Below, in pieces: positions 48,887 through 60,000 of a stretch of DNA of 64,000 nucleotides. The translations under genes and the position numbers were made by a program. Under the pieces are notes generated by a model. The model made no database searches. It was not told the origin of the DNA and saw only the letters and a list, made by a program, of their open reading frames with translations. Source of the stretch: Verrucomicrobiota bacterium (lineage in GTDB: Bacteria > Verrucomicrobiota > Verrucomicrobiia > CAIQCK01). The stretch is taken from NCBI GenBank assembly GCA_016222825.1, contig JACRQF010000005.1, positions 73,511-137,510 of the forward strand, written 5' to 3'. Within the stretch, counting starts at the first letter, position 1. Every line of letters begins with the position of its first letter.

Positions 48887-50248
48887 ATGAAACGACGAGA
48901 CTTCTTGAAACTGGGCGGATGGGGCGCGGCGATGTCGCTTGCCCCGGGCGAACTTCCCGCGGCAACCAAGAGCGGCACTGTGCAGGAGCCGGCGCGCGAT
49001 GTGCCCATTGTGGGCGCGGCAGACGTGGTGGTTTGCGGCGCGGGGCCGGCGGGCGTGGCGGCGGCGGTCGCAGCAGCTCGCAAAGGCGCAAGGGCGCGGC
49101 TGATCGAGTTGCACGGCTGTCTCGGCGGCATCTGGACGGCGGGATTGCTGAGCTGGATTCTCGACTACAAGAACAAGAGCGGCTTGATGGCGGAGATCTG
49201 GCAGCGGATCGAGAAGCGCGGCAGCCGGGCGTTCACCAAGAGCGGCAACGCGACCAATGGTTACGATCCGGAGATGATGAAGCTCGTGCTGGAGGAGATG
49301 TGCGCCGAGGCGAAGGTCGAGGTTCATCTGCACACACGCGTTTGCGCCGCCATCAACAACGATGAGAAGCGGCTGACGCACGTCATCACGGAGTCGAAGT
49401 CCGGGCGCGAGGCGTTTGCGGGCAAGGTCTTCGTGGATTGCACCGGCGACGGTGACCTGGCGGCGCGGGCCGGTTGCGGGTTCGACATGGGCCACCCGGA
49501 GACAGGCAACACGCAGCCGTTCTCGCTGATGGCGCTCATCACTGGCGTCACGCCGGAAGGCATCGCGGGGTTCTTCCGCGATGATGACTCGAAGGATTGG
49601 GCGAATCCTAAAGAAAAGCTCAAGGCTGAGATGGAGAAGGGCGGCCATTCGCCATCGTATGCGAAGCCGACGATCTTCCGGCTGCGCGACGATTTGTTTG
49701 CGATGATGGCCAACCACGAATACGGCGTGAAGGGCACGAACGCCCGCGATCTGACGGCGGCGACGTTGCGCGCCCGCAAGGAACTGCATGCGCTGGTGGA
49801 CGGCCTGCGCTCGCTCGGCGGCGCGTGGAAGAACGTCCGCATCGTCGCCACGGCCGAGCAGATCGGCGTGCGCGAGGGACGGCGCATCCACGGGCTTTGC
49901 ACGCTGTCCACGGATGACTTGCGGGAGGGGCGAACACAAAAGGACGCCATCTGCCGCACGACGTTTGGGATTGATGTCCACTCGACCGATCCGAAGAAAG
50001 AGAAGGGCATCGAGAAGACCGGATTCCGCGCGAAGCCCTACGACATCCCGCTGCGGGCACTTATCGCGAAGGACGTGAAGGGGCTGATGATGGCGGGCCG
50101 CTGCATCAGCGGCGATTTCATCGCGCACTCCAGCTACCGCGTGACGGGCAACTCCGTGGCGATGGGCGAAGCCGCCGGCAAGACCGCAGCCGTCGCGGCG
50201 AAGAGCGGCCGGCTGCCTTCGGCGGTGGATATTTCGGAGATTTCGTAG
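48887..50248 (+). CDS. FAD-dependent oxidoreductase (FAD_oxidored-type) with Tat signal
   Basis: MKRRDFLKLGGWGAAMSLA; dinucleotide-binding VVVCGAGPAGVAAAVAAARKG. Confidence 0.8.
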   Translation: MKRRDFLKLGGWGAAMSLAPGELPAATKSGTVQEPARDVPIVGAADVVVCGAGPAGVAAAVAAARKGARARLIELHGCLGGIWTAGLLSWILDYKNKSGLMAEIWQRIEKRGSRAFTKSGNATNGYDPEMMKLVLEEMCAEAKVEVHLHTRVCAAINNDEKRLTHVITESKSGREAFAGKVFVDCTGDGDLAARAGCGFDMGHPETGNTQPFSLMALITGVTPEGIAGFFRDDDSKDWANPKEKLKAEMEKGGHSPSYAKPTIFRLRDDLFAMMANHEYGVKGTNARDLTAATLRARKELHALVDGLRSLGGAWKNVRIVATAEQIGVREGRRIHGLCTLSTDDLREGRTQKDAICRTTFGIDVHSTDPKKEKGIEKTGFRAKPYDIPLRALIAKDVKGLMMAGRCISGDFIAHSSYRVTGNSVAMGEAAGKTAAVAAKSGRLPSAVDISEIS

Positions 50249-50299
50249 TAGAAACGGCCCGTCCGAGAGCAGACGTGCGACGCAAAGAAAAGGCTAGTC

Positions 50300-51298
50300 A
50301 TGAATCAGGACATGAGCAGGCGGCATTTTGTGAAGGGATCAGTGCTGGCAACAACCGGCGCCGTGCTGGCGGCAAACTCATCCAGCGTCGCCGTAGGCGC
50401 TGAAGCGGTCGCGAAGACGCCCGACGCGCCACGTCCGGCCGCAGCGGCGGGCGCACTGCCCAAGGGCAAGATTTGCGGCATGGAGGTCAGCCGCATCCTG
50501 CTCGGCGGCAACCTGCTCACGCACTTCACCCACAGCCGCGAACTGAAATACGTTTACGCGCTGACCCGGCACTACAACACCGATGCGAAGATTCTCGAGA
50601 CGCTCGCCGTGGCCGAGCAGAACGGCGTCAACACGCTCGTCATCCATACCGTGCCGGCTGCGCTGAAGGTCCTCCAGCAGCATCGCAAGGAGCGCGGCGG
50701 CAAGATGCAGTGGATCATCTGCACCACCGCGCCCATCAAGCCGGGTTTGAAGGAGTATCGCGAGTCCGTCCAGAAGATGGTGGACGACGGCACCGACGCC
50801 ATCTACGTGTGGGGCGTCCAGACCGACGCGTTGGTGAAGCAAGGCAAGGCGGAACTGATCGGCGAGGCCGTGCAGGTCATCAAGCAACACGGTGTTCCCA
50901 CCGGCGTCGGCGCGCATGACCTCGAAGTCATCAAAGCCAGCGAGAAGGGCAAGTTCGGAGCGGACTTCTACATCAAGACCTTCCACCACCACAACTACCG
51001 CACCGGCCCGAAGCCCGACGAGATCAAGACGCCGAACGCGGAAATTCCCGGCTACTGGTGCAGCCACCCGCAGGAGACGGCCGACTTCATGAAGACGGTG
51101 GAGAAACCGTGGATCGCCTTCAAGGTGATGGCGGCCGGCGCGATTCCACCGCGCAACGCGTTCCGCTACGTCTTCGAGAACGGCGCGGATTTCTCCCTCG
51201 CCGGCATGTTCGACTTCGAAATCGCCGAGGACGTGAAGATCGCCAGCGAAGTGCTCGCCAGCCTGCCGAAGCAGCGCGCGCGGCCGTGGCGGGGATAA
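50300..51298 (+). CDS. Tat-signal hypothetical protein
   Basis: MSRRHFVKGSVLATTGAVLAA leader; no family recognised. Confidence 0.5.
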   Translation: MNQDMSRRHFVKGSVLATTGAVLAANSSSVAVGAEAVAKTPDAPRPAAAAGALPKGKICGMEVSRILLGGNLLTHFTHSRELKYVYALTRHYNTDAKILETLAVAEQNGVNTLVIHTVPAALKVLQQHRKERGGKMQWIICTTAPIKPGLKEYRESVQKMVDDGTDAIYVWGVQTDALVKQGKAELIGEAVQVIKQHGVPTGVGAHDLEVIKASEKGKFGADFYIKTFHHHNYRTGPKPDEIKTPNAEIPGYWCSHPQETADFMKTVEKPWIAFKVMAAGAIPPRNAFRYVFENGADFSLAGMFDFEIAEDVKIASEVLASLPKQRARPWRG

Positions 51299-51547
51299 AA
51301 GAGAACGCATGCGGGACGGGAAACAGGTTTGCTGAAAGCGGCGGCGAACACGCCGCCGCTCCCAGTCAGGACCTTATCTGGTGAAGGCTCGCGGGCGGAT
51401 ACGATCCGTCCGTTCTCCTGGCTTGCTCCCTTGCGGCAACATCGCCGGTTGACAAGAGGCCTTAGGCTAATAAATTAAGCGCAACGGTTTGGAGCGAAAG
51501 CTCGTTTGGGATGGAGGCAGACGTTCAACGACAACAGGAGAACCCAG

Positions 51548-53743
51548 ATGAGCATCACAGGACTGCGCAACTCAGCCATTGTGTCTTTTGTCGTCAGCAT
51601 GACGATCCTGCTGGCAGGCGGATATTTCGCACAGCAAAAGGTGCCGCCCATCCCCGCCAAGGTCGTCAGTGGCGACAAGGTTCTGACCGAGCGCGACGCA
51701 ATCCTGCGCGGGCAAGACGTGTATCAGCGATACGGCCTGATGGACCACGGCAGCGTGTGGGGACACGGCGCGTTGCGTGGAATGGACTTCGCGGCGGAAA
51801 CACTGCACTTGATCGGCGAGACGGCGCGCGCGGCGGGCGTAACGGTGGAGGAGTTGCGCGCAAACCGGTTTAATCCGGCCACTGACACACTCACGCTACT
51901 GCCTGCGCAGGCGGCAGCGCTGGAGCAGGCGCGTGCGCACTGGGAGAAAATGTTTGGCGAGGGCAACGCGCACTACGGCTTCCTGAAAGACACCGTGCCG
52001 ACGGCGGCAGAACGGCGCGACGTGGCGGACTTCTTCTTCTGGACAGCGTGGGCGGCGGGCACGCACCGGCCGGGGGAGACTTACACCTACACGAATAACT
52101 GGCCGCCGGACACGACCGTTGGCAACAAGGCTTCGACGGAAGCGTTGGTGTGGAGTTTGATTTCGATTATCACGTTGCTGGTGGTGCTGGGGATCGTTGT
52201 GTATATCGTGCACCGCTACGGGTTTTTCTATGGTGAGTCGCAGAGTGTGCAGGCTGCGCAGAAGCTGCTCGCAGCGCCGGTGACGCCGAGCCAGCGGGCG
52301 AGTGCGTTATACTTCCTCGTCGCAGGGTTGTTGTTCATCCTTCAAATCTTCAACGGCGGTTTGCTGGCGCACTACACGGTGCATCCGGGGCAGTTTTACA
52401 TCGAGTTGGTCGGCAAACAATATCCGTTCAGTTGGGCGGCGACATGGCACCGGCAACTGGCGGTGTTGTGGATCGCGCTCTCGTGGATGGGCACCGCGGT
52501 CTATCTGGCGCCGTTGGTCGGCCGGCGCGAGCCGAAGGGGCAGCGCGCGATGGTCAACATCCTGCTGGCGGCAGCGGTGTTTGTCGCGCTCGGCAGTCTG
52601 ACGGGCGAGGTGCTCGGCATCAAGGGCATGCTGGGCGAGCTGTGGTTCTGGCTCGGCCATCAAGGCTGGGAATACCTGGAGTTGGGCCGGCTCTGGCAGA
52701 TTCTGCTCTTCGGCGGTCTGCTGTTCTGGCTCGTGGTGGTGTATCGCGGCATGGCCCCGGCGCTACAAGCGAAACCGAACAGCGAAACGGGCGCGCACAC
52801 GAAGGCGTTGCTCTGGTTTTACGTATTCAGCGCGGTGTTTGTGGTGCTCTTCTTCGGCTTCGGTCTGGTCTATGGACGCCACACGCACCTGACCATCGCC
52901 GATTACTGGCGCTGGTTCGTCGTGCATATCTGGGTGGAGAGCATCTTCGAGTTCTTCGGCTTGGCGGTCATCGCGATGTTCCTGGTGACCCTTGGTTTGG
53001 TGTCCGTGGACTCGGCGCTGCGGGCGGCGTATTTATCGGCCATCCTCACCTTCCTCAGCAGCATCCCCGGCACTGCGCATCATTACTTCTGGTATGGCGG
53101 TCCGAGTTTCTGGCTGGCGGTCGGCGGCGTCTTCAGTTCGATGGAACCGATTCCGCTAATCCTGCTCGTGGTGCGCGCGTGGATGGAATACAAGGAAATC
53201 CACGGCCAGGGCCGCGAGTTCCCGTATCGGTGGCCGTTGTTCTTCCTGATCGCGAGCAGTTTCTGGAACTTCCTCGGCGCGGGCGTCTTCGGTTTTATGA
53301 TCAACTTGCCGATCATCAATTATTACGAGCACGCGACCTACCTCACGAGCAACCACGGCCATACCGCGCTCTTCGGCGTGTATGGGATGCTGGCCATCGC
53401 GCTGATTCTCTTCTCGTGGCGCGGGCTGGTGGAGGACAAGCACTGGAACAACTCCATCCTGAAGCTGAGTTTCTGGGGATTGAATGGCGGCTTGTTTCTG
53501 ATGTTCTCGACCGGCTTGCTGCCGATCGGTCTGGCGCAAGTGTGGGAATGCTACGACAAGGGATTCTGGTTTGCGCGCAGCGCGGCGTTCTACGACCAGC
53601 CGGTGATTCAAACGCTCGGCAACTGGCGCGCGGTGCCGGATACGATCATCATCGTCCTCGGCGCAGCGCCTTTGCTGTGGTTCCTGATCAGCACCTTCCC
53701 GCGACTGCGGCGTGTCGGCGAAGGCAAGCGTGAGTTGCGTTAG
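51548..53743 (+). CDS. norZ: Quinol-dependent nitric-oxide reductase (qNOR, single-subunit NorB/NorZ type)
   Basis: About 730 aa; N-terminal periplasmic extension plus 12-TM heme-copper-oxidase-like core with conserved His/Glu patterns. Confidence 0.88.
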   Translation: MSITGLRNSAIVSFVVSMTILLAGGYFAQQKVPPIPAKVVSGDKVLTERDAILRGQDVYQRYGLMDHGSVWGHGALRGMDFAAETLHLIGETARAAGVTVEELRANRFNPATDTLTLLPAQAAALEQARAHWEKMFGEGNAHYGFLKDTVPTAAERRDVADFFFWTAWAAGTHRPGETYTYTNNWPPDTTVGNKASTEALVWSLISIITLLVVLGIVVYIVHRYGFFYGESQSVQAAQKLLAAPVTPSQRASALYFLVAGLLFILQIFNGGLLAHYTVHPGQFYIELVGKQYPFSWAATWHRQLAVLWIALSWMGTAVYLAPLVGRREPKGQRAMVNILLAAAVFVALGSLTGEVLGIKGMLGELWFWLGHQGWEYLELGRLWQILLFGGLLFWLVVVYRGMAPALQAKPNSETGAHTKALLWFYVFSAVFVVLFFGFGLVYGRHTHLTIADYWRWFVVHIWVESIFEFFGLAVIAMFLVTLGLVSVDSALRAAYLSAILTFLSSIPGTAHHYFWYGGPSFWLAVGGVFSSMEPIPLILLVVRAWMEYKEIHGQGREFPYRWPLFFLIASSFWNFLGAGVFGFMINLPIINYYEHATYLTSNHGHTALFGVYGMLAIALILFSWRGLVEDKHWNNSILKLSFWGLNGGLFLMFSTGLLPIGLAQVWECYDKGFWFARSAAFYDQPVIQTLGNWRAVPDTIIIVLGAAPLLWFLISTFPRLRRVGEGKRELR

Positions 53744-53820
53744 CTCGGACAGCCCCGCTCCTGGCAACAACAGCACACGTCCACGCTGTAGCGACGACGC
53801 GGCGCCTCTTCGTGTGTCTG

Positions 53821-53834
53821 TTGACGCGCGTCAA
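53821..53834. promoter_or_regulatory. Perfect 14-bp palindrome TTGACGCGCGTCAA (TTGAC-N4-GTCAA, FNR/Dnr/NnrR-type box) about 110 bp upstream of hcp
   Basis: Direct reading. It matches the half-site architecture of CRP/FNR-family NO/anaerobic regulators, and its position fits a class II activator site. Confidence 0.45.
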
Positions 53835-53938
53835 TTCGCTTTTAGGGGCAACTTGTCATAGTGTCCGCAGTCGCGGGGCCGCATGGTTGCGGCAGGCGCG
53901 CGTAAGAGTCATCAACCGAGTGAAAGGCAAACTAAATC

Positions 53939-55228
53939 ATGTTCTGCAATCAATGTGAGCAATCGTTCCGATGTGTGGGCTGCAGCACCAGCCCCGGTGT
54001 GTGCGGCAAGGATGAAGATGTGCAGTCGCTGCAAGAGATCATCCTGTATGGGCTGAAAGGCATGGCGGCCTACGCGCACCACGCGCGCCGGCTTGGCAAG
54101 ACCGACGAATCGGTCAACGCCTTCATGGAGGAGGCGCTCTTCTCGACCATGACCAACGTCAACTTCGACCTCGGCAGTCTTTTCGACATCGCGATGGAAC
54201 TCGGCCAGAAGAACCTCCGCGTCATGGAAATGCTCGACGCGGGCCACGTTGAGACGTTTGGCAAGCCCTCCCCCACCACCGTCACCGAAGGCACTCACGC
54301 CGGCCCCGGCATTCTCATCACAGGTCACGACATGGTGGACCTGGCCGACCTGCTCAAGCAGTGCGAAGGCACGAACGTGAAGGTTTATACCCACGGCGAG
54401 ATGCTGCCGGCGCACATGTATCCGAAACTGCGCAGCCACCCGAACCTCGGCGGCCACTACGGCGGCGCGTGGCAGGAGCAAAAGGACGAGTTTGCGAAGT
54501 TCAGCGGCCCCGTTGTCGCGACCACTAATTGCATCACGATACCCAAGGCAACCTATGCCGACCGTGTGTTCACGACGCGCGCGACGGCCGTGCCGGGCGG
54601 CGTGCGCATCAAGGACAATGACTTCAGCCCACTCATCGCCAAGGCGCTCAAGTGCCCGCCACTACAGGAGAAGATCGTCCGCACCTCCACCATCGGCTTC
54701 CACCGCCAGGTCATCCTGGACGCCGCGCCCACCATAGTGCAGGCGGTCAAGGATGGGAAGATCAGCCGCTTCTTCGTCATCGGCGGCTGCGACGGCGCCG
54801 AGCCGGGCCGCAACTACTTCTCCGATTACGCGCAGGCGACGCCGAAGGATTCGTTCATCCTCACGCTCGGTTGCGGCAAGTATCGCATCCGCGACTTCAA
54901 CTATGGCGAACACCTCGGTCTGCCGCGGCTCATGGACATGGGCCAGTGCAACGACGCCTACGGCGCCATCGCCGTGGCCGTCGCGCTGGCGAACGCGTTC
55001 AAGTGCGGTGTGAACGACCTGCCGTTGACCCTTGTTATCAGTTGGTTCGAGCAGAAAGCCGTCGCCGTGCTGCTGACGCTGCTCTCGCTTGACGTGAAGA
55101 ACATCACCATCGGGCCGAACCCGCCGTCGTTCGTCACGCCGGGTGTCTTCAAGATCCTGCAACAGAAGTTCGGCTTGCGTCTGACCGGCGACGCGAAGGC
55201 CGACCTCGCGGCGGTCCTGAAGAACTGA
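53939..55228 (+). CDS. hcp: Hybrid-cluster protein / hydroxylamine reductase (short, class-III-like form)
   Basis: MFCNQCEQSFRCVGCSTSPGVCGK N-terminal Cys cluster; prismane-family similarity throughout; 429 aa. Confidence 0.85.
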   Translation: MFCNQCEQSFRCVGCSTSPGVCGKDEDVQSLQEIILYGLKGMAAYAHHARRLGKTDESVNAFMEEALFSTMTNVNFDLGSLFDIAMELGQKNLRVMEMLDAGHVETFGKPSPTTVTEGTHAGPGILITGHDMVDLADLLKQCEGTNVKVYTHGEMLPAHMYPKLRSHPNLGGHYGGAWQEQKDEFAKFSGPVVATTNCITIPKATYADRVFTTRATAVPGGVRIKDNDFSPLIAKALKCPPLQEKIVRTSTIGFHRQVILDAAPTIVQAVKDGKISRFFVIGGCDGAEPGRNYFSDYAQATPKDSFILTLGCGKYRIRDFNYGEHLGLPRLMDMGQCNDAYGAIAVAVALANAFKCGVNDLPLTLVISWFEQKAVAVLLTLLSLDVKNITIGPNPPSFVTPGVFKILQQKFGLRLTGDAKADLAAVLKN

Positions 55229-55446
55229 CCGCTGGAGCGGAACTGACAGGCAGTCTGCGCACCGCGCTCGAGGCGATTCCCGCCGCGGGCGCGGTGTTGC
55301 TTTTGAGCAGGTGACCACTTGGATACTCTACACCGCGGCAAGGATACAGCCAGAGACCTGACGCCAAGACACAAGGAAAAGCACGCCGAACCTGCCACCA
55401 GTCCTCCAACCAAGAGGCGGAAGCTGCGGAAGCAACAATCCGCGAG

Positions 55447-55890
55447 CTAGCGATTTGCGCCGGCGTCGCCCGGCGTTGGCGGCTTCGAAGGGGGAGGAGG
55501 TGCCTGGCCTTCAGCGGCGATTTCACCGAGGAAGGTCTGGAAACCCTTGCCAACGGCGAACTGTTCCTCCACGAGCCGGATTGCAGTGCCGAAGCCAGCG
55601 GTGACAGCGCATTCGGCCACAAAAGTGAACGGGCCGACTTCCAGTTTGTCGCCATTCTGGAGCATGGCGCTCGTAACCTGCCGACTGTTGATGCGCGTGC
55701 CCGTGGCGGAAGCAAGGTCCTGAACGTGAATGCCGTTGGGAGAAACGGCGACGGTGCAGTGATAACGGCTGACGGCCGCGTCCTCAAGAATGATATCGGC
55801 GTCTTCGTCACTGCCGATCACTTTGGGACGCGATCCGAGAGCTATCTTTCGCGTTGTTCCATCGGGTAGCTTGATATGCAGGCAGTTCAT
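55447..55890 (-). CDS. FHA-domain protein
   Basis: ...SRYHCTVAVSPNGIHVQDLASATGTRINSRQV...GDKLEVGPF is an FHA signature; 4-nt overlap with the upstream kinase gene. Confidence 0.75.
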   Translation of the reverse strand: MNCLHIKLPDGTTRKIALGSRPKVIGSDEDADIILEDAAVSRYHCTVAVSPNGIHVQDLASATGTRINSRQVTSAMLQNGDKLEVGPFTFVAECAVTAGFGTAIRLVEEQFAVGKGFQTFLGEIAAEGQAPPPPSKPPTPGDAGANR

Positions 55891-56828
55891 AAAGGCTGGG
55901 CTGCGCCAGGTCCGTTCCCCCCGGCCGTCGAGAACCGGACCTGCGTAGTGTTTTTTTCCACGTTCAGCTTCTGGTAAATATCAAAAAGCGCGTCATAAAC
56001 AACACACCAGTCCGCCGGCCGGCGGGCTGGATCAAGATCCAACATCTGGAGGAGCAGCGCCGCAAACTCATGATTAAGGCCGGGCATGGCATCGCGGGGG
56101 TCGCGGACGGGCTCTGTCGCCTGTTTCATGAGCAAGCTGAATTCGTTCTCGGCGGTATGAATCGTCTGGCCTGTGACTGCGTGAAAGAGCGTGGCACCCA
56201 GCGAATAGATGTCCACCCGGCAATCGAGTTCCTTCGCGCCCTTCAACTGCTCCGGCGCAATGTAATGAGGCGTGCCGAGCATGTAGCCGGTCCGCGTGAG
56301 CGGAGCGTCACCGGGCTTGCTGGCCATGCGTTTGGCGATCCCGAGGTCGCACAGTTTCAGGCGCCCATCCTGGGCCACGAGAAGGTTTTCCGGCTTCACA
56401 TCGCGATGGATCAACCGCACCGTTTCCCAAGCGTAGTGAAGGGCGGAAGCGACACACATGCCGATCGCGGCCACGGTAGGCTCGCTGAGGGCACCCTCGC
56501 GCCGGAGCATCTCGCGAAGGTTGATGCCTTCGACGTATTCCATGGCAATGAAATGCGTCAGCGCGCGCTGACCGTAACCGTAAACCCTCACCAGATTCGG
56601 GTGGTTCAGGTGCGTCGCAGCCTCAGCCTCAGCGCGGAACCGCTGCAGGTAGGTAAGGTTGCCGGCAAGAATCGGGTAAAGAACCTTCAGCGCAACAATC
56701 TGATCTGTGAAAAGATGGCGGGCGCGAAAGACAACGCCCATGGTCCCCTCCCCCAGGCGTTCGTAAAGCTCAAAACCCTGGACGTCCACCAATTCCTGGC
56801 GGTTTTTCGTTTGTTCAGCGGCCCCCAT
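55887..56828 (-). CDS. Hanks-type serine/threonine protein kinase
   Basis: GEGTMGVVF...ALK (VAIK), HRDVKPEN, DLGIA and APE motifs. Confidence 0.88.
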   Translation of the reverse strand: MGAAEQTKNRQELVDVQGFELYERLGEGTMGVVFRARHLFTDQIVALKVLYPILAGNLTYLQRFRAEAEAATHLNHPNLVRVYGYGQRALTHFIAMEYVEGINLREMLRREGALSEPTVAAIGMCVASALHYAWETVRLIHRDVKPENLLVAQDGRLKLCDLGIAKRMASKPGDAPLTRTGYMLGTPHYIAPEQLKGAKELDCRVDIYSLGATLFHAVTGQTIHTAENEFSLLMKQATEPVRDPRDAMPGLNHEFAALLLQMLDLDPARRPADWCVVYDALFDIYQKLNVEKNTTQVRFSTAGGNGPGAAQPL

Positions 56829-57040
56829 ATCGCGCTTGCTCTCTGGTTTTGACGCTCATCAGACCTGTTCGAAAACCTCACCTCGGAAGCCGAGATTCCA
56901 CGCTCTCTGTTGAGTCACCGCGCGGAGCGACCGCGCTCGGGTCATCAGCAGGAGGCTCAAATTCACACGCGCAGCCTAAACTCGCCTTTGCAAGCCGTCC
57001 AGCCCAATTCCTGCGGTTATTGACCCGTGTGGCGGCAGGA

Positions 57041-60000
57041 CTAGCAGCGCGCAGCCTTCTTGCGCCGCCGCGAACCCGCCAAGGCCGCGAGGCCCAAGCC
57101 GATCAACACACCCGTCGAAGGCTCCGGCACGAACACGATCTGGCCACCCGCATCGAGGAACACATTCGCCAAGCCCAAGCTGTCCTTGTTCGCCGCTGTG
57201 ATTGCGTCGCCCGCGCCGCCGTTAAACACCTTCATGCCGTTGCTATCCTCGTAGATAAACTGCGTTCCGACATAGATCGTCAAGGCGCTCAGTTTCATCG
57301 TGGCACCGCTGAAGAGATGCAGCACATCCACATACTGTGCCGGATCACCGCTCAGGCCGTTGCCCACGAAGCTGGTGTGGTTCGTGATGTTCAACGTGCC
57401 AATCGCGAAGTTGGTGTTGAATCCGGCGTAAACCGCACCCATGTCGTTGCCTGCCACCTCAAACGTGTTCGTCGCCGCACCCAGACCCGTCAACGGCGTG
57501 GTGCCGCCAACAACCACCGTGCCGTTGCGCGTGTCGGAGGCCTGGTTGTTCGTGCTGCGATTGAGGAAGTCGCCCTGGACCACCAGCGTGTTGTTCGTCA
57601 GGCTGCCCATCGTGATAACGCCATTCTGGCCAATCAGCAGCGTGCCCGTAATGATCGCCGTGGACGGACTCACCGTCGGGCCAAACGCCAGCGTGCCGTT
57701 GTTGGTCAGGCCAGCAGTGAACCTCAGCGTGCTCTGGCCTTGGACGTTGATGGTGCCGTTGTTGGTCACTGCGCCGCCGAACGTCGCCGTCCCAGCGTCC
57801 CGCACCGTAATCGAACCGGCGTTGGCCACGGCGTTGCTGAACCAGAAGCTGCCACCGTTCTGAGCCGTCATTGTTCCGACCGCCTGGTTGTTCACCGACT
57901 GGCTGAACGTCAGGGTCTGGCCGCTGTTGCCGCTCGTCACCGTCCCCGCATTGTCCAGGGCGCTGTTGAACGTGCCGTGGCCGGAGATGGCGCCCGCATT
58001 GTTTACGCTCGGCGCCGTGAAGACCGCTGTCGCGTTGTTCAACTGGATGCTGCCCACATTCGTGATCGCCTGGTTCAGCACCAGTTCACTGTTGACGCCC
58101 AGCGCCGCCAGCAAGCCGGCGTTCACCGGCGTGCCCGCCACGCCGTTTGTGAACCCTGCGGTCAGGTTCAGCACGCCGCCCGTGGCAACAACCGTGCCGT
58201 CAGCCTCCGTGCCAATCACCGCCGCCACTGTGCCGAAGCCGGCCACCGAGCCGTGGTTGACGACGTTGCTGCCCGCGCCCACCATGGTGAACGTGCCGCC
58301 AGCCAGGCCGATCGTGGCCCCGCTGGCGTTCGTCAGCAACGCGTTGTTCACGCTCAGCGTGCTGCCGCTATTCGTCGCTGCCAGCATCCCGTAGTTGACG
58401 TTGTCGGCAATGCCGCCGCTCAACAGCAGGTGGCCTGTGACCGCCGCCACAACACCGCCCACGCCGTTGGAAATCGCCGGCGCCACCAGGCCATCCCCAT
58501 AGATCGTGCCCGAGTTGGTCAACACGCCACCCGTCGCGAAGTTCGTCAGCACGCCGCCATTGAACAGCGCGATGTTGGCCGTCGAGCCGTTTAAGAAGGC
58601 GTTGGACATCTGCAACACCGTGCCGTTGCCAATCTCCATGAGGCCCCGGTTCGTGAACGTATTCACCACATCCAGCCGGACGACCGTGCCGTCGGGATTC
58701 CCCGCGTTGGTCCACAGCATCGTGCCGGCATTGCTGAGGTTGTAGGCAAAGCCACTGCGGTTGTTCCAATCCACGGTCGAACTGGTCCAGATGAGCAGGT
58801 TGCTTGCCGCCAGAATCTCACTCGACGGCAGCACCGCGTCCGCGGGAGCGTTTACGCGATTATCCACCAACTGAACATAGGTCTTGTTGCCGGTGGCCGG
58901 GTCGCCGACCACGAACGAGCCGATGAAGAAGTTCGTCGTCGCCATGCTGGCTTCCTCCGTGCGGATGCTGGCGACCTCCACCTGCTGCGTGCCTTCAGCG
59001 CCGGCGGACGGAGCATTGGTGAAGAGGAACGTGCCCTGGAAGCCATACCACGTTGGCGCCAGCGTGCTGCCTTCAGCCACCCGGTTGGTCAACTGGTTGT
59101 CCATGTTGCCGCTGAGGTGCATGGCCGAGCCGGCATCCACGATCGTGTAGTGGTCGTTATCAAGCACCACGTTGCCGAAGTAGCCGGTGGACGGATCCAG
59201 GAAGATGCCGCCGTAGAGATTGCCGGCGCGAACGATGCCATTGACCACGTTCAGGTTGCCACTCGCGGTGTTCGTGATGCTGCCGCTGACTGTCAGCGAG
59301 CCGCCCGTCACAAAGATGCTGCCGGAGTTGGTGACCGCGCCCGCGGCGATGCTGCCGGTATTCGTGATGATGCCGCTGGTGACCTGCAACACGCCTGCCG
59401 TGATCGCACCGGCGTTTTCCAGCGTCGAGCCGCCCTGGTTGACGATGGCGCCCGCAACAGTCAGCACGCCGTAGTTGGTCAGCGCGCGATCCGTCGTGTC
59501 GCCATTGACAAAGCGATTGGCGTTCACCACCGCGTTGCTGATGGTCATCGTCATCCGGTTGCTCACCGTGCTCGACACGTTCAAAGCGCCGTTGGTGATC
59601 CACAGCGAGCCACCGCCGCCCGCCGCGTAGCCGAACAGGTTGGCCATGTTGACCGTGCTGCCGCTGAGATTCCACACTGGCGAGGCGCTGTTGTTAACCA
59701 GCAAGCTGCCCAGCGACGTGTTGCCCGCAAAACCGTTGGTGACCGTCCAGATCGCGCTGCCGCGGAAGTCCATCTCACCGCTGCTGACGTCGCCGCGGGC
59801 GAAGTTGATGATCGCGCCATTGCCGAAGGCCATCGTCCCAAACGCGTGGTTGGTGCCGTCGAAGTTCACGGTCGCATTGGTCACGCCGAGCGAGACGCTG
59901 TTCACCACAGAGCCGGCGAGGATCAGCGTGCCGTTGGTCACGATCGTCGCGCCGCTGTAGCTGTTGCTGCCGGCCAGCGTGAAGAGGCCGGCGTTGGTCT

